Origin: an uncultured Actinomycetes bacterium
Lineage (GTDB): Bacteria > Actinomycetota > UBA4738 > HRBIN12
Direction: 5' to 3'
Length of the DNA stretch: 64,000 nucleotides
NCBI GenBank assembly: GCA_963796725.1
Contig: CAWCMT010000001.1
Coordinates: forward strand, 628,437-692,436
The translations under genes and the position numbers were made by a program. A model generated the notes under the pieces. It was not told the origin of the DNA. It worked only from the letters and a program-made list of their open reading frames with translations, and searched no databases. Shown here piece after piece: positions 1 to 8,931 of this stretch; within the stretch, counting starts at the first letter, position 1; each line of letters begins with the position of its first letter.

Positions 1-50
1 TGCAGGACTTCGGCCGTGACCGCGACCCCGCCGGTGACTAGGCTGAGCCC

Positions 51-971
51 ATGACGCTCGTGCTGCCGCAGTTCGGGATCTTCGCCCAAGGGACCCACGC
101 GCACCACTTCCTGGAGTTCGACCTTCGTGAAGGCGTGACCCCCCGGCAGGCGGTGGCGTCGTTCAGGCGCCTCCGTACCCCGGAGGTCTCGGCTGGCGGC
201 GTCAACCTCGTGGTGGCGTTCGGGGCCGATGCGTGGCGCGAGGTTGCGCCCGAGGCGGCGCCGGGCTCGCTCGCCGACTTCCGTGCCGTCGAGGGTCCCG
301 ATGGCCGCGGCGCGCCCGCGACCCAGCACGACGCCTGGATGTGGATCAGCGGGAGCACGTCGGACGTGACCTGGGAGCACGCCCGTGCTGCGGCTACCGT
401 CGTGGACGACGTCGCCGTTCTCGCCGACGAGCAGGCCGGGTTCACCTACCGCGGAGGCCGGGATATCACCGGGTTCGTGGACGGAACGGCGAACCCGCCT
501 GTCCGCCGTGCGGCCGACGTGGCGATCGTGCCGCTCGGCGAACCCGGTGAAGGCGGGAGCCATGTCATCGCGATGCGCTGGATCCACGATCTGGCCGCGT
601 TCGACCGGCTGTCGGTCGGAGATCAGGAGCGCGTGATCGGGCGGACGAAGGCCGAGAGCCTCGAGTTGTCCGACGAGGAGAAGCCGGCCGACGCGCACAT
701 CGCGCGCGTGGAGGTCGAGGCCGGCGGGGAGGAGCTCGAGATCTTCCGCCGGAGCGTCCCGTTCGGAACCGTGACGACCCACGGCCTCTACTTCGTGGGA
801 TTCAGCGCCGACCCGGCCAGGTACGACCTGATGCTCGCGCGGATGTTCGGCCTGGCGGAGGACGGCGAACACGACCGGCTCACCGAGTTCTCGCGACCGG
901 TATCCGGCGGTTACTACTTCGCGCCGTCCCTCGATGCCCTCAACGAGCTCGCCGGCCCCGAGCCTGACTAG
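51..971 (+). CDS. Dyp-type haem peroxidase (cytoplasmic, YfeX/EfeB-like)
   Basis: Intact 306-aa ORF with the DyP family motif GFVDGTANP and DyP-like sequence throughout. No signal or Tat peptide. TAGGCT lies 6 nt upstream of the ATG with no SD. Confidence 0.85.
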   Translation: MTLVLPQFGIFAQGTHAHHFLEFDLREGVTPRQAVASFRRLRTPEVSAGGVNLVVAFGADAWREVAPEAAPGSLADFRAVEGPDGRGAPATQHDAWMWISGSTSDVTWEHARAAATVVDDVAVLADEQAGFTYRGGRDITGFVDGTANPPVRRAADVAIVPLGEPGEGGSHVIAMRWIHDLAAFDRLSVGDQERVIGRTKAESLELSDEEKPADAHIARVEVEAGGEELEIFRRSVPFGTVTTHGLYFVGFSADPARYDLMLARMFGLAEDGEHDRLTEFSRPVSGGYYFAPSLDALNELAGPEPD

Positions 972-1907
972 CTAGAGATCCGGGACGCTCAGGTCCTTGA
1001 CGTAGTTGGTGTAGGAGCTGAACACCCGCATGCCCACCTTCTCATAGAGCCCCAGCGCACCGGTCCGCGAGTCGGTGTTCAGCTCCACGGTCCGCTTCCC
1101 ACGTTCGGCGTAGACCTGGAAGGCACGGTGAAGCAGCGCGCGCGCGATCCCCCGGTGCCGATGGGTCGCCTTCGTGGCGACCTGCTGGATCCACCCATCC
1201 TCGATCCCGTAGTCGATCAGGAACACCGCGCCCACGATCGCCCCCGCGGACTCATCGACGGCCAGGAGCATGTTGGACGGTTCGAAAGACTCGCGGCCGA
1301 TCGTGAGTCCGACCCAGTCCTCGAAGGTGCACGGTCGCCGTCCTTCCCATTCGGCGAACGCGTCCTCGATCACCTGGTAGGTCTCGCGGTCGTCGACACC
1401 GGGGCGGAAGTCGCGGAACGCGATCCCCGGCGGAAGGACCGGCGCCTCGACGCCGTCTTCGAGGGAGATGGTCAGGATCCACGATGTGTACGTCTCGCGG
1501 TAGCCGTGGCGGAGCAGGAACGCCCGCCGTTCCGTGTCGGACGAGTGGGCGAGCTGTCGCAGCTCTTGGCCCTGCGATCGTGCCAGCGCGTGGAGCCACG
1601 GGATGATCGCCGTGCCGATCCCGCGACCCCGGTGCGCGGGATGGATGCTCACCTCGGCCCGTCCAGCGAACGCCTCCGCTTCGGCGACCAACGCGTCGCC
1701 GTCGAGGATGGCCACGCTCATCGTTGAGAGGTCCGTCCCGGGTCGGGCCCAGTCGACGGCGAGGTCCTCAGGATCGAGCTCCGCGCGGCCGGTGTCGTGC
1801 TCCTCGCAGGCGCGCACCAGCGCGACCACGGCGTCGAGGTCGTCGATCGATGCACGCCGCACCGTGAGGCCCGGCGGCAGGGCGATCAGGTCGAGGGGAG
1901 CGTCCAT
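972..1907 (-). CDS. two-domain GNAT N-acetyltransferase (MshD-like architecture)
   Basis: ORF 972..2021. I prefer the ATG at 1907 (MDAPLDLIALPPG...), giving 311 aa with two acetyl-CoA-binding cores (HPAHRGRGIGTAI and THRHRGIARALL). Confidence 0.7.
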   Translation of the reverse strand: MDAPLDLIALPPGLTVRRASIDDLDAVVALVRACEEHDTGRAELDPEDLAVDWARPGTDLSTMSVAILDGDALVAEAEAFAGRAEVSIHPAHRGRGIGTAIIPWLHALARSQGQELRQLAHSSDTERRAFLLRHGYRETYTSWILTISLEDGVEAPVLPPGIAFRDFRPGVDDRETYQVIEDAFAEWEGRRPCTFEDWVGLTIGRESFEPSNMLLAVDESAGAIVGAVFLIDYGIEDGWIQQVATKATHRHRGIARALLHRAFQVYAERGKRTVELNTDSRTGALGLYEKVGMRVFSSYTNYVKDLSVPDL

Positions 1908-2596
1908 CCGGGACAGGTTAGCGGCGCCGTAGGACCGGGCAGGGGCGCTCCCGACTCGAGGGCCCGCCTGACGTCGCCGAAGTCGTGCCACTCGGCGAAC
2001 GGCACGCCGTCCTCCCTGCAATACGTGGTCAGTGCATCTTTCGCGAACACGACGTCCGCATAGAGGGCCCCGTACCGGTCGCTCTGTCCCTCACCCACGA
2101 ACGCCACCGGCCCGTGGGCCTCTCGGTATCGCAGCACCGCCTGCATCTTGCACGTTCCGCAGCCGACGCAGGAGGGGTGGGCGTTGACGAAGTCCAGGTC
2201 CGCGGGACGACCTGCGCCGTTCCAACGCTGGCGGTTGGCGATCACCGTGAGGCCGCCGAGGCCGCTTGCGGACAGGAGCGGCTCGATGTAGAAGCCGAAG
2301 CCGTCAGAGACGACGGCCACCTCTACCCCCTCCCCAGCGAGCCATCGGCAGAAGGGCGGGAAGGTGGGATCGAGGTGACAATGCTCCAGGGCGAAGGCCA
2401 GGAGCGTGTCTCGGTCGGCGCCCAGCATCGCGTCCTGCGCGACGATCGCGGTGCGCAGTCCGATCTCGTGGCGATCCACGGCCTCGTCGTACGCGGTCCA
2501 CCCGGGCTCGCCGAACGCCTCCAGCAGGTGTTCGGCCACGTCGTGAGCGCACGCCGTCCCATCGAAGTCCACGAGCACGGCCCCGACCTTCAGCAT
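1886..2596 (-). CDS. HAD-superfamily phosphatase (MtnX-like)
   Basis: Intact 236-aa ORF. HAD motif I VLVDFDGT, VVSDGFGFY, and FVGEGQSDRY near the C-terminus. Its 3' end overlaps the GNAT start by 22 nt. Confidence 0.7.
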   Translation of the reverse strand: MLKVGAVLVDFDGTACAHDVAEHLLEAFGEPGWTAYDEAVDRHEIGLRTAIVAQDAMLGADRDTLLAFALEHCHLDPTFPPFCRWLAGEGVEVAVVSDGFGFYIEPLLSASGLGGLTVIANRQRWNGAGRPADLDFVNAHPSCVGCGTCKMQAVLRYREAHGPVAFVGEGQSDRYGALYADVVFAKDALTTYCREDGVPFAEWHDFGDVRRALESGAPLPGPTAPLTCPGWTLPST

Positions 2597-2821
2597 CTAG
2601 CTCTGCGGGGAGGTGGGTATCCGAAGCTCGACACGGCGACAGGTCGCGCATACCAGTGACTCCATCGGGATCATCTGCTCTCCGAGTTCCGCCCACTCGC
2701 CGAAGAACAGCTTCATACCACCGGAGGTCCCTTCCGTCCGGAAACGATGCACGCCGGTGTTCGTCATGGTGGTGCCGCAACGCAGGCACGCGTCGAGCGA
2801 TGCAGGGACGGGATCGGTCAC
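2597..2821 (-). CDS. small Cys4 zinc-ribbon protein, function unknown
   Basis: 74-aa ORF abutting the HAD gene start. Two CxxC pairs (CLRCG ... CATCRR). No family recognised. Confidence 0.45.
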   Translation of the reverse strand: MTDPVPASLDACLRCGTTMTNTGVHRFRTEGTSGGMKLFFGEWAELGEQMIPMESLVCATCRRVELRIPTSPQS

Positions 2822-2921
2822 GGTGACCTCCTGGTTGGTGACGCTCGAAGCCTACCCTCGAGGAATATGGTTCCGGGTCCGGGGCTTGCGGACTTCGCAG
2901 GCTCGTCGAAGGGAGGCTGGA

Positions 2922-3554
2922 TTGAAGATCGCGGTCTTGGGCAAGGGGATGGTGGGGGGCACCCTGGGGCGTCGCTGGGCGGCGTTGGGCCACGACGTGA
3001 CGTTCGGGGTGCGCGATCCCGATGCCCCCGAGGCGAGGACATTGGGCGAGGAGTCGGGCGCACGTATCGTGCAGCTCGCGGAGGCGGTATCCGACGCCCA
3101 TGTGGTGGCGCTCGCCGTCCCCTGGGCCGCCGTTCACGAGGTGCTGGCCGCCGTGGGGGATCTCGACGGCAAGATCCTCATCGACACCACGAACGCGATC
3201 GGCCCCGGCTACCGTCCGGTGACCGAGGACCCCTCGGGCGCCGACATCGTCGCGGATCTGGTCCCCGGCGCCCGCGTCGTCAAGGCGTACAACACGCTGG
3301 GGTACCGAGCCATGGAAGACCCGTCCGCGTTCCCGCTCCCGCCCGTCGTGCTCCTCGCCGGCGACGACAGGGACGCGAAGGACACGGTGGCCGAACTCAC
3401 GGTGGAACTGGGCCTCGAGCCGGTCGACGCCGGCCCGCTCGCCGCCGCGACGCTCCTCGAGCACGCGGCCCTCCTGTGGATCCGACTCGCGTTCGACCAG
3501 GAGATGGGCCGCGATTTCGCGTTCGCGATCGCTCGCAAGGACCAGGCCGACTGA
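2922..3554 (+). CDS. NADP oxidoreductase, F420-dependent NADPH reductase (NpdG)-like
   Basis: Within ORF 2613..3554. TTG at 2922 is preceded by GGGAGG. N-terminal Rossmann KIAVLGKGMVGGTLGRRWAALGHDVTFGVRD. Confidence 0.7.
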   Translation: MKIAVLGKGMVGGTLGRRWAALGHDVTFGVRDPDAPEARTLGEESGARIVQLAEAVSDAHVVALAVPWAAVHEVLAAVGDLDGKILIDTTNAIGPGYRPVTEDPSGADIVADLVPGARVVKAYNTLGYRAMEDPSAFPLPPVVLLAGDDRDAKDTVAELTVELGLEPVDAGPLAAATLLEHAALLWIRLAFDQEMGRDFAFAIARKDQAD

Positions 3555-3608
3555 CGCGGCAGCCCCGACGAGCGCGAGATGGCGCGGCCGCGTGTCCGGA
3601 GGCCCGCG

Positions 3609-3614
3609 TATACT
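3609..3614 (+). promoter_or_regulatory. candidate -10 box (TATACT) for the SRP RNA
   Basis: TATACT sits 7 nt upstream of the first base that can pair with the SRP RNA 3' end. No good -35. Confidence 0.3.
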
Positions 3615-3619
3615 CCCGT

Positions 3620-3897
3620 CCGTGACCGTGCTAGGCGGGGAGCCAGCGGTGCCCTGTACCCGCAATCCGCTCTAGCGGGGCTGAATCCCCGTCCGAGGCC
3701 CGGATGGTCCGAGGCAGCTGCCGTCACGAAGCGTTGAAGGTCGGGTCCTACGCGACTCCAGACCGCGAACCCGGTCAGGTCCGGAAGGAAGCAGCCGTAA
3801 GCGGAGCCTGGTGGGTGCCGTAGGGACGCCTGGCCGGAGCTGAGTGAAGGGAAGCGCTCGAGTCGTCCGTGGTCGACGACGGGTGCACGGTCACCTT
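3620..3897 (+). ncRNA. ffs: signal recognition particle RNA, long (Alu-domain-containing) bacterial form
   Basis: Universal domain IV motif GGTCAGGTCCGGAAGGAAGCAGCC at 3773-3796. Alu-like 5' domain GTGCTAGGCGGGGAGCCAGCGGTGCCCTGTACCCGCAATCCGC. GTGACCGTGC (3622-3631) pairs perfectly with GCACGGTCAC (3885-3894), closing a molecule of about 273 nt. Classic position upstream of dnaX. Confidence 0.8.
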
Positions 3898-3929
3898 GGT
3901 TCTTCCCTGATCGGGGAAGCGGAGGAACG

Positions 3930-5753
3930 GTGGCGGACGAGAGACAGCACCAGGCGCTGTACCGGCGGTACCGGCCGCAGACGCCGGCAGAGGTCATCGG
4001 TCAAGATCACGTCGTGCGGGCGCTCACGGGGTCGATCCGCGAGGACCGGCTCCATCACGCCTTCCTGTTCTGCGGGCCTCGCGGTACTGGGAAGACCTCT
4101 ACCGCAAGGATCCTTGCGAAGATGGTCAACTGCGAGCAGGGTCCCACGGCCGAGCCCTGCGGGATCTGCCGGCAGTGCGTGGCCATCCGCGAGGGCAACC
4201 ATCTGGATGTCGTCGAGATCGACGCCGCCAGCCACGGCGGGGTGGAGGACGCGCGCGAGTTACGGGAGCGCGCCCCTACAGCTCCGGCCATGGGTCGCGA
4301 GAAGGTCTACATCATCGACGAGGCGCAGCGGCTCACGGCCCCGGCGTTCGATGCCCTGCTGAAGCTCTTCGAGGAGCCGCCCGAGGGTGTGCGGTTCGTC
4401 CTTGCCACCACGGAGCCCCAGAAGATGCCGGCGACCATCGTGGGCCGCTGCCAGCGGTTCGACTTCCGCCGGCTGACCCTGGAGGATCTCGCGACGCATC
4501 TGCAGACCGTGGCGTCCAGCGAGGGCTCGACGCTCACGGATTCGGCCGCCCACGCCATCGCCAGGCAGGCGGAGGGCTCCGCGCGGGACGCGCTGTCGAT
4601 CCTGGATCAGGCCAGCGTCCTCGGAGGGGCCACCATCGACGACGCCGCCGTCACGGCGTTGCTCGGCGCGCCCCGCGGGGAGGTGCAGTACGAGCTGGCT
4701 GACGCGATCGCCGTCGGCGACGCCCACGCCACCTTCCAGTTGGTCGACCGCCTCGTGGCCGACGGCCGAGACCTGCGCACCGTCACCTCCGAGGCGCTCG
4801 CGCACTTCCGAAACCTGCTGATCGCGAAGACGGCGCCCGGCCAGGAAGACCTGCTGGACGTGCCGTCGGACGCCTACGAGCGACTCCGGATCCAGTCCGA
4901 GAAGTTCTCGCCGGGGGAGCTCGCTCGCGTGCTCTCCCTATTGCTGGCGGCGCAGAACGACATGCGTTGGACCACCTCGCCACGCATCTCCCTGGAGCTC
5001 GCCCTCGTGCGCTCCAGCATCCCCGACACCGATCCGAACCCCGCGGGTCTCGTGGCTCGGATGGAACGCCTCGAACGCCTCGCCGACCTCGGTCCCACCT
5101 CGGTGATGCCGACCGGGACCGCCACGGCCTCGGATCCAGTCGCCGGCCGACCCTCGGACGACGTCACGGTGCTCCCTTCGGTCGAGACCGCACCGATGCA
5201 CGAGCCGGGCGGCGCTCCCGATGCCCCGGCACCGGCGCGCGAACCGGAGCAGGCCGGGGACTCGGTCGAGCTCCCGGCGCCCGCCGAGGCCGCAGCGAGC
5301 GCCGCGCCGGAGGGACCCGGCACCCAGCTCCGCACCGGTCATCCGCACGCCGCCAGCGCGGGCAGCGTCGATGCCTCCATGCTGCGCCGCTCCTGGCCCA
5401 CCTTCCTGGAGCACCTCAGCAACAGCCGGAAGCCGGTGTTGGCGGCCGCGCTTGCCTCCGCTACGGTCGCGTCCTACGACGGCACCACCTTGGAGCTCGT
5501 ATTCCCGCCCGCACTCGCCAAGGTCGGACCTCAGCGGGTGGAGCAGAAGCAGGATGAGCTCCAGGACGCGTTGAACGACCTGTTCGGCATCCGCCCCGTC
5601 ATCACCAGCGTCGTGCGCGAGACGCGCGAGCCCACCGCAGGACCCACTGCCGTTGAGCTGGTGGACGAGGAGGAAGTGCCGGATGAGGAAGAGGCGTTGA
5701 GGCGCGTGCAGGAGATGCTGGGCGCGCAGCCGGTCGATCCGGGCGGGGAGTAG
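3930..5753 (+). CDS. dnaX: DNA polymerase III subunit gamma/tau
   Basis: Intact 607-aa ORF (GTG start, GGAGGAA upstream). Walker A GPRGTGKTSTARILAK, zinc module CEQGPTAEPCGICRQC, low-complexity tau linker. Confidence 0.95.
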   Translation: MADERQHQALYRRYRPQTPAEVIGQDHVVRALTGSIREDRLHHAFLFCGPRGTGKTSTARILAKMVNCEQGPTAEPCGICRQCVAIREGNHLDVVEIDAASHGGVEDARELRERAPTAPAMGREKVYIIDEAQRLTAPAFDALLKLFEEPPEGVRFVLATTEPQKMPATIVGRCQRFDFRRLTLEDLATHLQTVASSEGSTLTDSAAHAIARQAEGSARDALSILDQASVLGGATIDDAAVTALLGAPRGEVQYELADAIAVGDAHATFQLVDRLVADGRDLRTVTSEALAHFRNLLIAKTAPGQEDLLDVPSDAYERLRIQSEKFSPGELARVLSLLLAAQNDMRWTTSPRISLELALVRSSIPDTDPNPAGLVARMERLERLADLGPTSVMPTGTATASDPVAGRPSDDVTVLPSVETAPMHEPGGAPDAPAPAREPEQAGDSVELPAPAEAAASAAPEGPGTQLRTGHPHAASAGSVDASMLRRSWPTFLEHLSNSRKPVLAAALASATVASYDGTTLELVFPPALAKVGPQRVEQKQDELQDALNDLFGIRPVITSVVRETREPTAGPTAVELVDEEEVPDEEEALRRVQEMLGAQPVDPGGE

Positions 5754-5756
5754 CGC

Positions 5757-6354
5757 GTGGCATACGAAGGCCCCATCCAGGAGCTGATCGACGAGCTCGC
5801 GCGGCTCCCGGGTGTCGGGCCGAAATCGGCCCAGCGCCTCGCGTTCTGGCTGGTGAAAGCCCCAGCCGAGGATGCCACGCCGCCTCGCGCAGGCCATCGT
5901 CCAGGCGAAGGAGCGCATCTTCTTCTGCCGTGAGTGCGGCAACGTGGCGGAGGGCGATCTGTGCCGGATCTGCCGCGACGAGTCGCGCGATCGAACGGTC
6001 CTCTGCGTGGTCGAGGAGCCGAAGGACGCCGCCACGATCGAGAAGGCGGCGCTGATCCGCGGCCGGTACCACATCCTCGGGGGTGCCATCAGTCCGCTCG
6101 ACGGCATCGGTCCGGAGGATCTCCGCGTGCAGGAGCTGCTGGACCGCGTGGAGCGGGATCACGTTACCGAGTGCATCCTGGCGACCAACCCCAACCTCGA
6201 GGGCAACGCCACCGCGATGTACGTGGCGGCGCTGCTCAAGCCGCTCGGGATCCGCGTGACACGGCTCGCCAGCGGTCTCCCGGTCGGCGGCGACCTCGAG
6301 TACGCGGACGAGGTGACCCTCTCCCAGGCCCTCGAGGGCCGCCGCGAGATGTGA
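5757..6354 (+). pseudogene. recR: recombination protein RecR, one frame break as assembled
   Basis: GTG 5757 gives [41 protein letters not shown] (HhH). The protein continues in the +1 frame (ORF 5872..6354) with [31 protein letters not shown] and the Toprim domain. Junction about 5876. Confidence 0.9.
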
Positions 6355-6927
6355 GCCAGATCCGACCCACCGCCGTTGAGGTCTCGGACCGTACGCTCGT
6401 CCTCTACGCGCTCGTCCGCCGGGGCGCCATCGAGCTCGTGGTGAACGAGACGGGTGGAGAGCCGATGCGCGTGGCGCAGGCCGAGCGCGCCCGCATGGAG
6501 ACCGACGCCTGGCTCGAACGCGAGTCGCTCACCGATGCCCTCACCGAGCAAGAGCGGACGCTCTTCGCAGCGCCCAGCGGGCTCGTGGCCACGCGACGCG
6601 ATCAACGACGCGATGTGGCGGAAGGAGGCCTTCGGCATGCTGCTCTGGGCGCTCCAGCACCTCGAGGCGCTGCCCGATCCAGGCGTCGGAGTTCGTGCAG
6701 CAGCGGCTCGACGATGCCGTGACCGCGCTACGGCAGCGTCGACGCGTTCCGCGCGAACGGCCGTGCTGCGCCCCGAGCACGAGCTGGAGGCGGCGTGGCT
6801 GGAGGCGGACGCCTGGTTCGGCGCCACGGAGGGTCGCACCGGGGAGGATGCGACCCTCGCGTCGATCGCGGCCGAACGGTTCCGGGCGCTCAGCTGGCTC
6901 CGGGACGCCTCCGCCGCACCAGCGTGA
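6351..6927 (+). pseudogene. DUF4272-like protein, 2-3 frame breaks as assembled
   Basis: GTG 6351 overlaps the recR stop (GTGA). Pieces are ...LFAAPSG | SWPRDAINDAMWRKEAFGMLLWALQHLEALPDP | ...AVLRPEHELEAAWLEADAWF... in different frames (junctions about 6587, 6690, 6745). Family assignment is from memory of DUF4272 sequences. Confidence 0.5.
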
Positions 6928-8095
6928 AGATCCCGAACCCGAGCAGGGCCAGTGCGGCGATCGGCAGCAGGTAGCCGAGCCCCACGATCACGGCGCCCAC
7001 GACGTTGAGGAACCCATCGACGGCGGTGCGCCACGCCGACGCGAGCCGCGACTCCGATGGCGGGGGCACCGTGGTGCTCGCGGCGTCCTTCTCGCGGATC
7101 GAGGCCTTGATCGTGGACTCGGCGACCTGGTCGTTGATCACGTTGAGCTGGCCCTGGATCTGCTCGATCTGCAGCTGCACCTGGTCCACCTTGTTGGCGA
7201 TCGCGAGGATGCCGCCGACCGTTGTGGCCTTGTCCTGGAGGCTCACGAGCAGCGCACGCCGCTCCTTCAGAAGTGCGAGCCGCGCCTTCAGGTCGATGTA
7301 CTGCGCCGTGACGTCTTGTCCCGTCCTCGTGTCGGACAGGACCCTGCCGTCCGTGACCTTGCGCGATCCCCCGGAGCTGGAGCATCGCCTGATCGAACCG
7401 CGACGCCGGGATCCGAAGCGTGAACACGCCGCTGTTCTCGTTCTTCGTCGACGAGGACAGCACCATCCCGCGGTTCGCGACGGCGATGCCCGTCAGCCGG
7501 GCCACCGCCTTGCCGAACGTGCCGTTGCCCACCTCGAGGCCGATGCTCCCGTCCCGCACGATCTTCGACAGGTCGGTCTGGGGCGCGCCCGCGACGGAGG
7601 CGTCTCTCGCCCCGCTCTCGGCCTGGTTCGTGAGGCGCCGTGGGGCGGCGCGTCGGCCGCCGTGCGAGTGGCCGGTTGCGCCCGCGTCCCGCTGCTGCCC
7701 GCACCGCTACTCGGTGCCGAACTGGCCGAGGCCGGGCTGGGCCGGCACCGGGGCCAGGGTCGCGGAGGCGCCCGTGCCGTTGCCGATCCCCACCACGCTC
7801 CCGGGTTGGCTGCGCCGAGCGCGTCGCGACGACGCCGCCGTTCTGCACGATGAAGCCGATCCCGCCGGCCACGACCAACAGCGACAACGCCGGCGGCCAC
7901 GAGGCCTCGCCACCGCCGTTCGCGCCGGGGAAGGTGGCGCGACGCGAGGTCGGCGGCCGACGGCCTGGTCGAACGGGTATCGGAGGACCGTCCGGCCACC
8001 TGAGACCGCGAGCCCTCGTTCGACGTGATCTCACGAACGGCCGCCTCTCGGAGGTCGTCATCCAACCGCTGCAGGAACACGAAGTCGGTCTTCAT
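6890..8095 (-). pseudogene. DUF4349-type membrane protein, probable partner or anti-sigma of the upstream ECF sigma; at least 4 frame breaks
   Basis: ATG 8095 overlaps the sigma stop (ATGA). Pieces lie in three frames. (1) MKTDFVFLQRLDDDLREAAVREITSNEG. (2) TM segment ASWPPALSLLVVAGGIGFIVQNGGVVA. (3) APQTDLSKIVRDGSIGLEVGNGTFGKAVARLTGIAV...FTLRIPASRFDQAMLQLRGIA. (4) VTDGRVLSDTRTGQDVTAQYIDLKARL...IEQIQGQLNVINDQV, then C-terminal TM LPIAALALLGFGIFTLV. Confidence 0.65.
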
Positions 8096-8679
8096 GCCTC
8101 GACCTCCTTGGGGGGTTGGAGGCCCTGTCGCTGCAGGACCAGGGCGACGCGTCGCAAGCCCCGGCTCACCCGTTGCCTGGCGTTGTCCTCGCTGCAGGCA
8201 AGGCGCTTCGCCACCTCCGGGTAGGCGAGGCCCTCGACCACCCGGAGCTGCATCGCGTCGCGCTGGGCGGGATTCAGCCTCGCCAGTGCCTCGATGAGCG
8301 CGGCACGTATGGGCGCGAAGTCGATCAGGTCCTCGATCCGCTCGTAGTCCTCCTGAGGGAGGTCGCGTTCGGGCATCCCGAGCTTCCGCCGCGCCGAGGC
8401 GTCCACCCGGCCAGAGCGGAAGAAACGACCCAGCCGGTGCCGGGCGATCCCGTAGATCCACGCCACGCCGTTCACCCCTTCGTCGACATAGGACATCCGC
8501 GACGCGAAGGCTTCGGCGAAGGTCTCGGAGGTGAGCTCGGCGGCCGTCTCCGGATCGAGCGTGCGCCGCGCGAAGTAGCGGAGCAGATCCTCGGCGTGTC
8601 GCCGGTACAGCTCCGTGAACGCCTCCGCGTCGCCGCGGGATGCGATCAGCAGTTCGCTATCGGTGCGCTCGTCCGGCAC
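8092..8679 (-). CDS. ECF-type RNA polymerase sigma-70 family factor
   Basis: Intact 195-aa ORF. Region 2 (AFTELYRRHAEDLLRYFARR...AWIYGIARHRL) and region 4 HTH (LAYPEVAKRLACSEDNARQRVSRGLRR). Confidence 0.9.
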   Translation of the reverse strand: MPDERTDSELLIASRGDAEAFTELYRRHAEDLLRYFARRTLDPETAAELTSETFAEAFASRMSYVDEGVNGVAWIYGIARHRLGRFFRSGRVDASARRKLGMPERDLPQEDYERIEDLIDFAPIRAALIEALARLNPAQRDAMQLRVVEGLAYPEVAKRLACSEDNARQRVSRGLRRVALVLQRQGLQPPKEVEA

Positions 8680-8931
8680 GGGGCCTCCCCACTCCGTCGC
8701 CTCGCGGTGCGGTTCGTCGGTACGAACGGTCCATGCCGCGGGGGCGGGGGCGTGTGACAGGGGTCCGACGACGCCGCGCGGTGGGAGGTTCCCGATGCTA
8801 GCGTGCGGTCGTCGCCGACGCGAAGGACGGCCACTCGATGACCGAGTCGTATCCGCACCAGTCAGCCCGGACCCGCGGCTTCAACCTGGGGCTGCCCCGG
8901 AGTTTCAGCGTGGCCGAGGACGGCGCCGCGC

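Noticed and set aside
51-971. Dyp peroxidase as encapsulin cargo.
   Set aside because: The C-terminus (…LDALNELAGPEPD) lacks the Gly/Ser-Leu-rich targeting peptide. The next gene is a convergent GNAT, not an encapsulin shell gene.
3930-5753. Programmed -1 ribosomal frameshift site in dnaX (gamma subunit production).
   Set aside because: There is no A-rich slippery heptamer (A AAA AAG-like) or any A run in the gene.
7707-7709. A second in-frame TAG inside the DUF4349 gene (GLGQFGTE-TAG-RCGQQ...).
   Set aside because: The flanking sequence is low-complexity. The same stretch is equally well explained by two compensating frame shifts (FGTE | YSGAGSSGTRAQPATRTAADAPP | ...LTNQAESG). I cannot call it a nonsense codon.
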